A DNA stretch of 63,647 nucleotides, filler included, from Intoshia linei (GCA_001642005.1; 6 parts of 6 records of this genome joined end to end with filler, not necessarily neighbours in it), one strand, 5' to 3'. Shown: positions 12,465 through 26,841, counted from the first letter of the whole stretch. Notes: generated from the letters alone by a model not told the origin. A program made the numbers and translations.

Positions 12465-14680
12465 TCAATCCAATTCTTCGAGAACACTTAATTGTTCTTT
12501 GATAAGAGTTACAACTGATGATACTTGATGATAAAAGAGTAAATAAGCATCGGGTGATTGTATTTTATCAATCTCTACTGCATTTTTAATGACATCATCG
12601 TACATAATCCAATCTTCAAAATAATGGTACAGGGATTTAAATAAAAATAAAATTACCGTTTTCCATAGAATATTTTCGAATAAAAGCTGTGTAATGACCA
12701 TGATTCGTTCTTGGACCGTGGTGTAAAACCACACAATTTAAATTATATTGAAAGTGAGCATCATTCTTTTCTGATATATCAATACTGGTAAATTGTTTCA
12801 TATTCAAATTGCTAAATAAACCGTAAACCTCATTAATAACAATAAACTTACTCTATGGGGTAACTCATGAATGTTTGATCTTTATTAAAACTTTTGACGT
12901 GGTCTGTATTTCTTTTCCACTGAATTATTAAAACTTTGGGTAATTTGCTTATTTCCAAATGCTTGTGAATTGAAGAAATTTCTTGACAATTTGAACAACG
13001 CCACCCTGAAGTATAAGAAATGTACTCAACATCTAAATAATATTATATATTATTATTATATAAAATAAATTAACCAAAATATTTTTTCAAGCTATTTGAT
13101 AAATTCAACTGGTTCAATAAAGATATATTTAGACTCTTTGGACTGATATCAAGAGGTATGGTTTCTATACTGTAAAAAGTTTCAGATTGTTTATTTTTCC
13201 ATACGCTATATATGGTTTTATTTGAAAGATACTTCCATTCATTTTCATTTTTTCCCAAATGTTCTTTTATTTCCTGATTAGACGACTTTTTTGCGTAAAC
13301 ATGACACAATTCAAAAATATTGGAAGCCGAAATATCATCAAATTTGATTTCTTGAGAATCCAAAAATTGAGGTTCTGTACAACTAATTTCATTTGTTTTA
13401 GGTTCAAAATTTTTTCTGGATATTACGACTGTTTTGTCAGCCAAATTTAGCAGTTGATCATTAAGATCGTTTTTTGTCATAAAGTTAATATGCTCCTTTT
13501 GAATATTTAGTATTTGAGGATAACCAATAAAAGAAAGAAGAGGACTACAATTTTTTGTGTGTTTTACATAATCAACCTCCTGACACTTTTTTGAACAGTA
13601 CATAATATTACGGCAGTTGGCACACAAACTAGATGCTTTTTCTTTACAATAGGCACATATTGCCGGAATATTCCTATACCAAGCAACTTGTTGTACAGGA
13701 ATTTGATAGCAATCCTTTACTTTACACGGAGATTCATAACTTATAATTTCGTAATTTGAATTAATTGATGCAATTGTATTGGAAGGATTAATGAAACTAA
13801 CAAACCTGCCACGATTTGCATAATAAAATAACAAATTATCCGATTCCACTTTGTATTGGTTTGAAAAAATATTTAATAAATGTTGTACTGTGTCATTTAA
13901 GAAAAATTTCGAGTTAATTTTTTCAATAATGCCACTTTGAAAAATTAAAATAACACTCAAGCTTCTAACTTTTAATATGTTGGTGGCTAAACTGCAAAAA
14001 TTTTCTTTGTTTACATGGTCATAATTACAGTTTATACATGTAATGGTGGATGTAACTTCACCCTGGAAAATATTAGATATGGGAGATTCGTAAATAATTC
14101 GTTTCATTGAAGTAGATAGTTTTTCATTTTTAAATTTGGTAACTTCGTCCAAGTCGTCCAACAAATAAGTAATAAATTCGTGAGCATCCATTTGATCCAT
14201 ACTACAAAAATTTTGATGTCTAATAGAAATAGCATGTCTCAATTTTCCTGCATCGCAGTAATATTTATCGTTCCAAAGTTGATGAAGTAAAACAATGAAA
14301 TTATGTAAAATTTTAGAATCTTTCGAGTTATTCTGGTCGTTTATGATTAAATTGTCAAATGACATTATGCTATTTTGATAATAACGACGAATCTTTTGAA
14401 TAAAATCTTTTTTGATGAAATCACAATTAGATAGGCATTGCATTATAGCATTCATATAACATGCATTATTCATATTGACAAGTCCGCATGTATCATTTCT
14501 ATATATCCGCAATTTGTTAATTTCCATTTCAGACTGAAAAAAAGATCCAACATATCCATTTGTTAAAAAATTAGTTGTGCTCATAATGCTATTTATGAGA
14601 TGTCCAAACAGATTAACAGTTGGTTCATAAATAAATTTTTTTACTATCAAGTAAATCTCCGTTTTTATAAAAACTAACAA
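12465..14680 (-). CDS. Ubiquitin-specific protease with an inserted MYND zinc finger (USP19-like); start uncertain
   Basis: Cys box GLVNMNNACYMNAIMQCL, QMDAHEF, IFQG..C..C, MYND CAYC..CANC..YCSKKCQ..H...C, His box VVLHHG..HGHYTAF, WIMYDD, AYLLFY. Confidence 0.88.
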
Positions 14681-14929
14681 GTCTATTTTAAAATACTAAC
14701 CTTGTCCAGTGTTATAATGATATTTAAATTGATGAGAGCTATTGATCAGTACAAAAGTATCGTTTCAGAGTAAAATTTTTTTGCAAAATAATTACACATA
14801 AATGAATATTCATTTTATTGTCATGTTTACACAATAACAAGATATTTTTATTCTTAATGAATGAATACTATAGAAACAGTAATTTATATATTTATTTCAA
14901 TATCGTGTTATTGAAAGTTTATTTACGAA

Positions 14930-16378
14930 ATGAATACATTCAAACTATTAGATCTTGTAGCCAAAAAAAATCCTGAAATAATATTACCCACTCATAAAGA
15001 TGAGCTACGTGCACTTTCAAAAACATACTCATTATATTTAAAACCCATAAATGTTATTCTTATAACTGTAAAGTTTCCAGCCTTTGAACAAGTCTCCAAC
15101 AAATTGGACTGCTTATCAATATCCAACTGGGAAATTATGGAAAGCCTTAAGAAAATGACTGGAGAGCATCTCAAAAATTTAAAAGTGGTGGAATCACACA
15201 GAGAATATATTATAATTGAATCAGAATTTGAAAATGAAAGTTCATTACAATCAATTCATAAATATTTGAATAACCGAAAAATAAAATTAAAGGGACTTTC
15301 AAAAAAAAGTATAATTACGGTAGCAAAGAAAACAGAAAACGCAAAATTTGATAATTCCTGGATTAAGGTTTTTGGAGATCCTGAAAAATTTGACACCCTC
15401 GATTTTGGAAAAAGAGCAGATACTGTTCTTATCGAAAATTTGCCAATTAAATGGTTTACTAAACATGATTTTCACGCGACCGACCGTAAATTAGATGTAC
15501 TACCTTCGATGCACATTACTCGAAAGGTTTTTAGTAAATTTGGACAAATTCGTAACATTGAAATACCTATAATCAACCAAAACATGTTGGATATTATTGT
15601 TAACCGTACCAAAAATGTTTCAGACCAATTGGATACTCTCAACCGTGTCAGAGTAAATTTTAGACCATTATCGGAAATCATACCAACTAACCATTTACTT
15701 TTGACTTTCGATGTATATATCCAGTATAAAAAATATAATGATTTTGTAAATGCTATACAATCATTATCAAACTGCAAAGTGGTGTACAAATCGATTCGAG
15801 AATACACTGCACCAATTCACGTAAACTGTATGTTTTCAAAATTTATTGTTGTTTAGATTTCATTTGACAAAACTCACTATTTAACTGATGCAAATATCAT
15901 TAAAAGGAAACGAGAATTGCAAAAAATGATTGAATTTGAAACTGATCGATATAACACCCTTTGTGAACAATTAAATAATAAGTATTTTTTTATTAATGTG
16001 TTTATAATGTTTAGACTTTTAGACCACGAACAAAAAAACGACAGTACAGAAAAAAGCTCAAGTTCGGATTGTGACAGTGATAGTTCACTCATTAAGCCTA
16101 AAAAAGTTAAACTTTCAAAAGAAGAAAAAGCTGCCATCAAAGAAGAGTCCGAAAAAATGTTGAAAATTATAAATACCAACGAATTCCAAAGTGAAACTGG
16201 TCAAAATAGTTCACTTATCGACATGGAAAAATATTTAAGAATTAAGTTGTTAACAAAGCACAAATTGAATGAAAAGAAAAAACTCCAAGATGACGATTTT
16301 GAACAAAATAGACACAAAACTCTCAGAAAAATTAAAAACAAAAAAGTGAGAATATCTAGCCATGTTTCCAAAAAGTAG
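14930..16378 (+). CDS. AKAP17A: A-kinase anchor protein 17A / splicing factor XE7-like
   Basis: LYLKPI..ITVKFP...SISNWEIMESLK, RADTVLIENLPIKWF, VFSKFGQIRNIEIP, FDVYIQY..Y, ISFDKTHYL; charged C-terminus. Confidence 0.87.
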
Positions 16379-16758
16379 ATATTTTCTGTTAAATACCGAA
16401 AAACTGGATGTTCTTACAATTTAAGTGTGTATAAATTTTTGTATATGCAGACATAGATTAATAAAATATTTATATACATGTTCATTGTTATTTTAACCTT
16501 TACATAAAATAGTAAATACAAACTGGACAGTGTCCAGTGGACACATCAAATTTTTAATAACCAATTAAAATATAAAATCAAGTTTTGATGGAAGGTGGTA
16601 GCCTGAAAATGTTAATATTATTAGACTAATATAAAAAGGGTCGTCTACTTTGAATAAAAAAATTCGGATCAGGGAAGCTATCTACATATTAGCATTACAA
16701 GGTAGTGAGAGGAAATAAATGATTTAATATTGTGTTTTTATAAAGATGGATTGATTAT

Positions 16759-17431
16759 TTATTTATCATATTTAACAATCTTGTCTACATCATTGAAAAC
16801 TGTATTATAATCAACGGAACACTCTAATTCTGGTTTATCATACCCCAACTCTTCAGGTGTATTCATACCCAATTCATCTAAGGTAGGTTGAATTTGTTTT
16901 AAAATGTAAGGCCAATAAAGTTTTTTATACGAGCTGCATTTCCTCTAAAATATAATGAACAACCGAATAGAAAACCATTATTTTTATCAAAAATGTAAAT
17001 AAATTTACCTGAACACATTCCAAATAGCGTATGGTCATTGAATATTCATTTATTCTTCTACATGCACGAAGAACGGATATAATAATAGGAGGAGTAGGAA
17101 TTTCATCCAGACACTGCATCAACAAATAGTAATAAAAAAATAAAAACTTACAGCAAAGTCATTTATTCCTTGTCTAACGTCCCACACGTCGTGCTTTTCA
17201 TTATTGAAAAAATTAACATAAGTTTTCTCAATTTCTTCATCGCCCATTAGCCACGTCTCACTTTGTTTAGGGTAACCTGTAACTGGTCTCGTCGGATTAG
17301 CTAATAACATAAAATCATAGGGTTGATGAAAAATTACTCCTTAGCGGCAAAGTTTTACTTAATAAAATGCTTCTGTTGCGTTGAGTCACAACAGAACGTA
17401 ATCTAAAACATCTTTGCAAATTATTCATCAT
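16759..17431 (-). CDS. COX5A: Cytochrome c oxidase subunit 5A, mitochondrial, 4 exons
   Basis: Arg-rich presequence MMNNLQRCFRLRSVVTQRNR; DVWDVRQGIND, P.PPII..LRACRRINEY..IRYLE, YILKQIQPTLDELGMNTPEELGYDKP. Confidence 0.93.
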
Positions 17432-17802
17432 ACAATTTCAACTAATATTCAATAACAAAGTTTGGATAGTCAATATTATTACCAGGGGTGATTATTATAT
17501 TTTATTTATTACAAATTGTGCAATGTTATTTTCACGAAATATAAACGTTACAGTTTCGAAAGTTATCTTTCCAATGTTGGCCGTTTTAATGTACAAGTGC
17601 TTAAATTGACATACAGTCTTGTTTAGATTAATATTTTATTCTTATATTTCAAATAAAAGCCAAACGTTACCTAAAACCAAGCTAAACATGGTTTATTTAT
17701 TTTTCCAACTGTCTACATTTGGAACTGGTCTGGTATCTTACTTGATTTTAAGATATTGTAAACGCAAATCCGATGTATATTAAATTTTACAGAATAATTT
17801 TA

Positions 17803-19878
17803 TTATATGAAAGTGTAATTTACAAAAAAATTTAAAACATTTTCTTCTGGAGGTGGACCCTTTGGGTCATGCAATGCATATATTTTTGTATGTGTTGTAG
17901 TTATTTTTTCGTAATATGCTTTTCGCAATAAATTCTGTTGGTTACTTGTATGTATTACATTTGCCATAGAACCATATTGACTGAGTTCCAGATATGGTAA
18001 TTTCTGCATACTATTGAGAAAGTGAACTTGAATATCATAAAATTTGTTGTCTCGTTTCATGACACTGTTGTTTTTGTTTATATGGCTTGATTTCTGGTAT
18101 AGATTACAATTATTTTTACAATTAATGTTATCATTTTGATCCTCTTCATATTCAAACATTGAATATTGGTATATTGATGTATCTGTAATATTTAGAAACT
18201 TTTTAGATTTCATGATTAACCCATCACTTGTTTGCATATCTTTTTTACCCTTATTTGGTTTTATGAATGCTGGGATTGCATACGGTGGAGCTTGAGTGTT
18301 GGTAGCTATAAGAGGAAATCCATATAAAGTGTTAAGTTTTTCGTCGTATTGATGAGAAAGCCTATTAATTTCAATGGTAAGTTGTGATACCACGTCTTGT
18401 TGTCTCACGGGTGATGTTTTTAATTTGTTTAATAACTTTTGTACAAGATTCCAAAAATCATAGAGCATAGACAATACCGTGCTGTACACCGTAGGGCAAA
18501 TGGAAATGTACCTAAAAAGGCTAAAATTAAATAATAGAAAATTGTACCTTTTTATTAAACTGTATGAAAATGCCACCGGTAGAAAGCACAAAGAAACTGT
18601 GTATCGGGTAAGTCGATATAATTTGTAATTTTCGTAAATATACTTGCTTTGGTTCAATTTTGCGCAAAAATTATTCACACCTAATGTAACGTAAATTATA
18701 TATTATGATGGAATCATTACATTCTTGTAGGTGTAATGGAAGTTTTTGGTTTTTTGTGTCAGTGTTGCACAATTCCCTACAATCTCTGCATAGTCGGCAC
18801 TGTCGAAAGTCAAATATACTGTTTACTTTGTATTCTTGGGCATGTTTGCTACACATGGGTAAAACTAAACATTATTATTTATAACTATAAACAAACCATG
18901 GTCTATGATGTACTTGTAACAGTTGTTGTATCCACTCGTAAGTTGTCGGACCATTTCATTCAAAGATGGAGCTTTCAGTGCACACACTAACCTTTTCAAA
19001 TTACTGAATGATATGTCACTGGTGGTGTTATTGAACAGATTTAAAGACAATAAACTAGCTTTTTCATCGGGACAAATTAAGGCATCTCCCGCTATAGGAG
19101 AAATTGTAATTGTCCGTGTTCCGATAGATGGTAAATTGTTTGTAATTCCCCCATCAATATAATACTAAACGATATAAAACAGATTCTTCTTTTTTTTACT
19201 TGATTTTTGAATTTAGGAATGTCTACTCCACTGAATATTGGAATGAATGAACTACACCCGATAGCCTATTAATTGTAATTAATACTGTTGCATAATTCTT
19301 ACGTCGACTAGTTCTTTTTTATTCTGTAAATTTTGGAGCATTTTATTTTTGAACGGAAACAAAGTTGTTACAGATACAATTATTCTTTTCAAATCACCTT
19401 TAGAAATTTCGTCCGGAATAACTTTTAAGCACGCATCTTTAACTCTTTCAGCTGGTCGGTACGAAATGTGAAAGGAACCAAGAGGGTGCGCATGTGCTGC
19501 ACAAGTATTTTTGAGTAATTCAGTTACACAATCTTCTACATGAAATGTTAAGAATATAAATTATGTATTTACCTATAGATATTTTGGGAAGTAATGCACA
19601 AATGGATGCTGCCATTGCACCAGCCGAAACACCAATACATTTCGCTTTTGTTAAATATGGAGCAATATCATTCATACAAGAAACAACACCCATGTGATAA
19701 ATACCAAGAAACCCACCTATGATAAAGTGTAACAAAATAAATAAATAAAAATACCTCCAGAAAAAGACAAATATGGAAGATTGCTAGCAGTGTAATCTAA
19801 TCTCAAATCGTTACATTCTTGCTCTGATATTGTAGATACTTTATGCCTTTTCCAATTCTCTTCAATTCTCTCTAGCAT
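17803..19878 (-). CDS. Patatin-like phospholipase domain protein (PNPLA2/ATGL/brummer-like lipase); 3' end uncertain
   Basis: LSFSGG/GFLGIYHMGV (oxyanion GxGxxG), GVSAGA (catalytic Ser), SSFIP, YIDGGITNNLP (catalytic Asp), TITISP..G...ICP. Confidence 0.9.
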
Positions 19879-21396
19879 CTGAATTAAAATTCAGTATTAT
19901 GAATAATAAAATGTCTGCAAATTTAACAATATTATAGTAAATGAAAATGAGTAACAATATTGCGTATATGTAAATTGGAAAATTTCCAAACAATCAAAAT
20001 TATTATAATTTTGTATCAATTTGGAAAAACTTCCAAAAATTTTTCGTGATAAATTAGCGTAGGAGTGAAATTATTAAAATTTATAACTGTAACGAAATGT
20101 ATGTCAGCAATGTCCATAAATATAACGTATACATTGATTTGGATTAAATCCTAGGAGAACTCAGAAATTAAGTAACGTTCTAGATTATTCTCAGAGTAGA
20201 TTCAAAATAACCAAATAAACGTTTTAAATAATGAGTAAAATTATTTTACTAAAATATACTGTTGCATTTATTTTCATTTGTAGTCGTTTTTATTTTTGAG
20301 AAAGGAATTGTTTACTAACATATATAAAATGATAATCATAATAAAATGAAGTGCGCCATATCGCACCATCTTTGCCTGATAGTTCGTTGAATTCATCCAT
20401 TTTATGAGACTTAAATTTATATAGATCTATGTTATGTTTATTGATTATTTGGCGCGCTTTAATTTGTTACTTTACAGACTACTACATATAAATTTTCTTA
20501 TTTTCCTAAATATGAAATATGAAGTTCTCATAATTTACGTAATTAATAATAATTAACTGATGCATTTAAGTTTAATCGGATTAATTGTATCAAATATAAT
20601 TATATTATAAAGATTTCAGTGCATTTTATAATAATATAATGTCAAGTTATTTTTTTCATCAATCGCGAGACGCGACTCATTATTGTATTTTTAATAATAA
20701 TGATTGTTAGAAACATTGATACCGATATATTGCAATGGTGTAAATTTCTACTACATTGTATGATATTATGTACAATTTAGTTGTGCACTGTAATTTAAAT
20801 TTCATATAAATGTAAATACATTTTAGAATAATTGAACTGCACAGATCAACCCTAGTTTGAAATGTTTCGTGAATTTTTTTGAAACGTAATGAAGGTACGA
20901 AAAACAAATGTACGTATAATAGATGATGCAGTGATTTATCAAAAATAAAACATTATTAACAAGTTTTCAAGCAGTAAAATTTAATGATTAAACATTACTA
21001 TTAACCACAAGTAATTAATACAGTATGTTAGAAGGTCAATTTATCAAATATTTAATTCAACCTCATAATAATATATTGATCAGTGATTTCCAATGTCTGT
21101 GATACGTAACCTGAGGCTAGATAATTATCGCGATTATTCACGGACGACGCAACACTTGAGATAAAAAATATCAATTTTACCATTAGAACTAGCATTACAG
21201 TAATTAATGTGAATAAAATTAAAAAATTAAGTGACGCCATCTGAAAAGAGGATATGCTAATGCGAAGGTATTCTCATTTATAACATTCCGAATTTAGATT
21301 TACAAAAATTTTAATTAACAATAATCAAATTTAAGATATATAATAAGCTGATATAATTTCAAAATTTTGACGTCATAAATAAACATTGAATATAAA

Positions 21397-24300
21397 TTAA
21401 ATTTTCTGGGAAATTGTTGTGCATACATTCTTGTGTCGTTCCCAATCACTGATTTGACATTTTCTATATTTTTTAAATTGAAAGTAGTTTTTAAAAAATT
21501 AAACCTATTACAGTAATATTCTGATTTACAAGATGAACATTTTTTTACGACATCTTCAGCGCCACAATGTGAACATTTTCTGTCTTGTGGAATTAAACTT
21601 TGTAATTTTTCAATGTCATAGGTTTTTGCCAAACTAAAATTCATTTATTTAATATTATAATATTATCACCTTTGAATTGTACTGGCATCGTCTTTTTCAG
21701 AATTAAAATAATTTTCAATTTGATATTTAGCGATAGCATCAATGTCAATTTTAATTGAATCAATAAATTTTGTTTTTAATTCTGGAATCTACATTATTTA
21801 TTAAAATTGTATATCGTATGGGTATCGTAGTTCTTACAATTTGTCGAGAAAAAAAAACTCATACTGTTAGTAATACAATAAAAATTTTTAATTATGAAAA
21901 AACCTTAATTACTTCAGTTTCAAAATTGTTAATATTATTGAAATAATGAAGATTACAATCTGGTATTAATTGGTTGATAACTTTAAAATTTTAAATAAAA
22001 TATCCACAGTATGAGAGAAATGCGATTTATTTAACATTTTGTATCATCACAAATTCCATATATAGGAATCAGTACAATATTTTAGTCATTTTTGAGACTA
22101 ATAAAGATGTATATTCAAATATTTTCTATTTTTAAAACTGGTCCACTCATGAAATGATATTGACAATTTTAAACCATTACATTTTATCGCATTCGTTGTC
22201 TTCTGATTTTTTCAAAGTAACTGTTTACAAGATTCATAACAAAATTTTGAGATTTAGACAAGCCTTTTTTTTCGAATAAAATTTGATCTGTAACTTGGTA
22301 TATGGTTAATCCATTGTACGCAATCAATTATACCTTCAACCCTTTCGGGGCTATCATCATTTTTTTAAATACACTGTCAATTTGGGATTTTTTATTTGTT
22401 TTTTTTATTGACAGGTTCACTCAATGATTTAAGCATAGAATGTACGTGTGTTAAGTGACGATGTAAACCAGTTGTAGAAGAATTTTTATAATTCATCATT
22501 TTATCACAAATAGTACATTTTTGCATTTCGTTTTCTCGTTTAGAATAGTCTTATAAATTTTCATAGAACCGAGCGGTAATCTTAAAGAGAAACAATCTAA
22601 TACCAAATTAATCAATGAAATTGTAATGATTGTTATTAAGGATTTACAATATACGTTTAATAATAATAAGAAAATAATGTGATTCTCAAAATTATGGTCA
22701 ATAAACAAACAGTTTTGATGACCCCTAGATAATATGATACTTTTTATTTATCTTAAAAAATCGAATGTACTATTTACTTTAAAAGTTAATACGTAGCTAG
22801 AAAATTATTGCGTTTACAACGAATAAAAATATAATAATTAAAAATTTAACCTGTTCTATGAAAAATCCTGTTTTTCCCAATGGAGGATTCGATATTGTCA
22901 ATCTATCTAAATATTCTTCTAAAGTTTCGAGAGCTGGAATTTGAGCTATCATTGATTGATTTAAATACCCTCTAAGCTTCATATCGTTATTTTAATCTTT
23001 TTTATAAATAAATACCCTTAGAATAATATTTTTTCTATAATTATTGAGTGCATATTTATTTGAATCAACTATGAGCATTTGATATAAACAAATCCATAAC
23101 TAAATTTGCATAATTTATTTGAGAGATATCATTATAATTACTTGTCCTTCTATCTTTGTTAATTTCATGTCGTCTACCTTTTGCATATTTGTCCATTTAT
23201 TCTCCATAAATTTCCATACCTTATCTAATTCTTAAATTAAATAATTACAATAATCAGTTACCATCATGTATGCACTTCCATGGAGGGTTTTCAATTAGGT
23301 ATATGTATAACATTGGAATATCGTGAACATTAAAAATTCTATGAGCCACTGAAGTATTCAATCTAATAATATATTTAATTATTTATCAAAGATTCATAAT
23401 TTGATAATAACGCTCAAAAATTTCATATATAAATCAATAATTTAAGATAATAAAATAGCTATAATATGAGGCTTTATTTACTGGTTTACATACAATTTAT
23501 TATTATTATCGTTACAAAGTACAAATTAAAAAATTATAATTATTTATGATTAAATNTTATTATCGTTACAAAGTACAAATTAAAAAATTATAATTATTTA
23601 TGATTAAATTACATTTTCAAGTTGTCAACAATGTATCTAATAATTGTGATACATTTGAGCATTATTTCATAGTCTATTCTTTTAGTATAAAAATATTTAT
23701 CTCCCTTATTTCTCTAAAAAATTATAATTTTATAAATCTTGTAAATTTTTTGAAATAATTAATATATATATAACTAAAATATTACCCCTTCCTTATAAAA
23801 CAAAAAGATGGCTTCTATATCTTTTTCCGAACTAAATAAAAATGTAAAAAAAATATTTTTTTTACCTAGTCGACCAATAATTTAGTTTTTGATAGCAATA
23901 ATCAACTAAATCTAATAATACTTTATCCATTTGTTGAATAATATCTCCATGAAACATTAAAGTTTCAAAAAGATTGATTAATGTAGCTTCATGATAATTC
24001 TATACATTTTTTTATATGAGTATTTTTAACAATTACAGCCATATAAAAATTGATGGATATATTTTCAATTTCTATTATCTTATGAGAAATTTTTTCTTTC
24101 CACACGTGCACAGATATTAAATCAGCTACCAGAAGAACTATCTAAATTGTAACAATTTAAATTTTTAAAATAAAAAAGTACTTGATTGTTTGACAAAAAA
24201 ATATCTCTAATTATTTCATTTGATTGAGTTTGGGCATTCATAATAGCTTCCATATTTAATTTTTCAATGTTTTCATGTTGTTTAAGCCACCTATGTTTGT

Positions 24301-24418
24301 TTTGAAATTAAATTTTTTTTGTATTTTTATACTCGATCGAGCCAATATGTTTGATTTCAAAAGCCTTTAAGTTATCAACTATAGATTCCGCTTCTTGATA
24401 ACACACTATATTTTCCAT
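21397..24418 (-). CDS. ZMYND10: Zinc finger MYND domain protein 10 (BLU), dynein arm assembly factor
   Basis: EAESIV..L..F.IKHIGS/W.KQHENIEKLNMEA, HEATLINLFETLMFH, LLDLVDYCYQKL, HDIP..LIENPPW, TKIEGQV, C-terminal MYND CSHCG..KKCSSCK..YYC/RKCQISDWERHKNVC. Confidence 0.94.
21900..22560 (-). pseudogene. Decayed hAT transposase fragment in a ZMYND10 intron
   Basis: BED-finger-like YKNSSTTGLHRHLTHVH and LSISFHEWTSFKNRKYLNIH (cf. hAT S.T.DEWTS motif), with stops and frameshifts. Confidence 0.7.
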
Positions 24419-24639
24419 TTTTTATAGATTTGGTTGTTAATTTTATTTGTAATAAACAAATTTTAAGCATGACAATATGAAAACAGTAAACGTTATAAAT
24501 GTAAAATTTAAAATGTGTTTTAAATTAGTAACTAATTTCAAAAAATTTGATACACATTTTTTAGCGTTGTAAGTTACGACTTGTAATATATAAATGAAAT
24601 GAAACATTCCAATTTAATGTATACCATATCTTTGTTTAG

Positions 24640-25007
24640 ATCAAGAATAAAACGTAAAACGTTTCCTAAAAATCAAAGAAAAAGTATTGCAGCATATTCT
24701 AATTCCACTCAAAATCGGTTGACTATTAAATTAAAATTACTAATCTACTGTATTATAATATAATTATTAATTATACAATTTCAGATTGAATTTTAGCAAT
24801 GAAACAGAATTGAAGTTAATAACCGAGGAAATTGAAAAAAACTATTCTATAAACAAAATAATGATTCCTTACACAATATTATTAGAATTATACGATATCG
24901 TGTTTGATTTATTAAATACACTGAAGCGAAATAATAAGAAATATTATGGAAAAGATAGCAAACATTATAAAGACATTTGCAATTATATTAAATTTGTATC
25001 TGAATAA
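24640..25007 (+). CDS. Possible small hypothetical gene (two visible exons), divergent from ZMYND10
   Basis: AG-preceded open segments at 24640-24718 and 24785-25007 with a plausible GT-AG intron, and AATAAA after the stop. No recognisable domain. Confidence 0.3.
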
Positions 25008-26741
25008 ATGTAAAATAAACATTAAAGTCTACTAAATCTGTTATCTCGGTATTTCCCACATTTGAAAAAATAATTCTGCTTAAAAATGTAATATAATTCA
25101 AACTTTTTTATATTAGCGCCATTGTTTCACTAAACATTTTCTTACCATTCCTTAATAAAATGAAAATTTAATAAACTGTTTATATTCTATAATGTATTAT
25201 TAATATAATACGTAATTTTGATTTAATTTTAGTTATAATTTCTTGGTTCAAAATCATTCGGTACTACTCCGCAACTTTTAAACCATAAAGATAATTAAAT
25301 TTTCGAGTATCATATCAACGCAATAACAGGATTTACAGTTCTGAAATATAGATAATGAATTTATACATTACTGTTTTATGATATTTATTGATCATATTGT
25401 TCAATGATATTGGTAATATCGCTTATTGTTACGATTTTAATGAATACTGTATTTATATCTATACAACTGGCAATAAAACATTAATTTTTATGATATTTGC
25501 GGTATAAAATTAACTTTACATTTTTCTATAACACCTACAATATAGGTAGATATACAAAAACGTTAATTATGCGATAGAATATAATTAGGTAATTTTAAAA
25601 ATTATTTATGTCGATTTGAGGGTTCTGAATAAGTTGATAATTCAACATTTAATAAATTGTATCTTAAATATAATTTTTTATTAAATTTGTCTGGAAAATG
25701 TTATTGACAATGTATCATCTTCAAAACTTAACCAATTTATCATATTATGAAAGCCATCAAATTGTTAATCCAATTAGTAATTTCTTGGGACCCTGTAGGT
25801 CACTGCATCTCAAGCTCATTTTGTCTAGCGCCACCTTTTTATCAATATATATAGTGATATCATTCTAAAGATGTTTGTCCATATGCTCATAAAAATAATT
25901 CATTTATATGTTAACATTCACATGTAATTAAATATAAATTAGATCCTAGTTAATATGAGACAAAATTATAGAACCCCATCCATAGAAGAGAATAAAAAAT
26001 TAAATGTAATACATGTACATTGAATCAGATAAAATGTGAATATAAAATAAAAAATGGATATGGATTAATATCGCATTAGTGACATTTCTTAGTTCAGTAT
26101 CGATCAAAATATTTTCGGTAATCAGTCAGAAATTTTTAAACATTTTTAGCAAGAAATAACTCAACTTTGTTACATTAAGAAATTTTTAAGGGGTCGACAA
26201 AAATGTTTGGATGATTTCTGGCCTTTGATGTTTGAGAAGAACTGCTATAGAACAGTTCAGAGATAGAATTGAAATGTTGACCTTTTTATATAAATTTTTT
26301 ATTAAAATTAAAATTAGTAATTTACACCATTTTCGTGAGAAATTTATAGGTTGTGAGCAAAGGTGTTACTAGCATTGCAGGTAAAAATTTTATTACCAGA
26401 ACATGTTGGTATTGGTACCAGCATTTATTTTTGTATTACCAGTAAAATTAATAAATTAGTTCTGTAAAGTCGATTATTCGAATAGGTGTTTAATTATACA
26501 ATGATAATTTAAAATAATAATTAAGATTCTTGGACAGTCTAGTAACATATAGTATCAATATATATTTAGTAAATAGTAAATATCTATGGATATTTATTAC
26601 ACCTCCCTACATAAGAGAAATGTGGGGCAAAAAAATTTTTTTCATCAATGTAAGGATTATCGGACAGGCCAATATTTTCGCTAAGAAAAAAGTCGAGTAT
26701 ATACTCGTAGTGCATTTGACACTGCTCGTTTAAACCTGGTT

Positions 26742-26841
26742 NNNNNNNNNNNNNNNNNNNNNNNNNNNNNNNNNNNNNNNNNNNNTTAATTAATTAANNN
26801 NNNNNNNNNNNNNNNNNNNNNNNNNNNNNNNNNNNNNNNNN
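26742..26841. other. Assembly gap linker (N44-TTAATTAATTAA-N44); same at 39145-39244, 52152-52251, 58807-58906 and 61655-61754
   Basis: Identical 100-nt spacer carrying stops in all six frames, repeated five times; artificial. Confidence 0.97.

Noticed and set aside
13555-21580. Two MYND-finger genes within 8 kb
   Set aside because: They belong to separate ancient families (USP19-like and ZMYND10); no sign of local duplication.
23500-23612. ~55-bp tandem duplication in a ZMYND10 intron
   Set aside because: The copies are separated by a single 'n', typical of an unmerged contig overlap.
26786-26797. TTAATTAATTAA palindrome recurring five times
   Set aside because: Always centred in an identical 100-nt N spacer; an artificial six-frame-stop linker, not biology.
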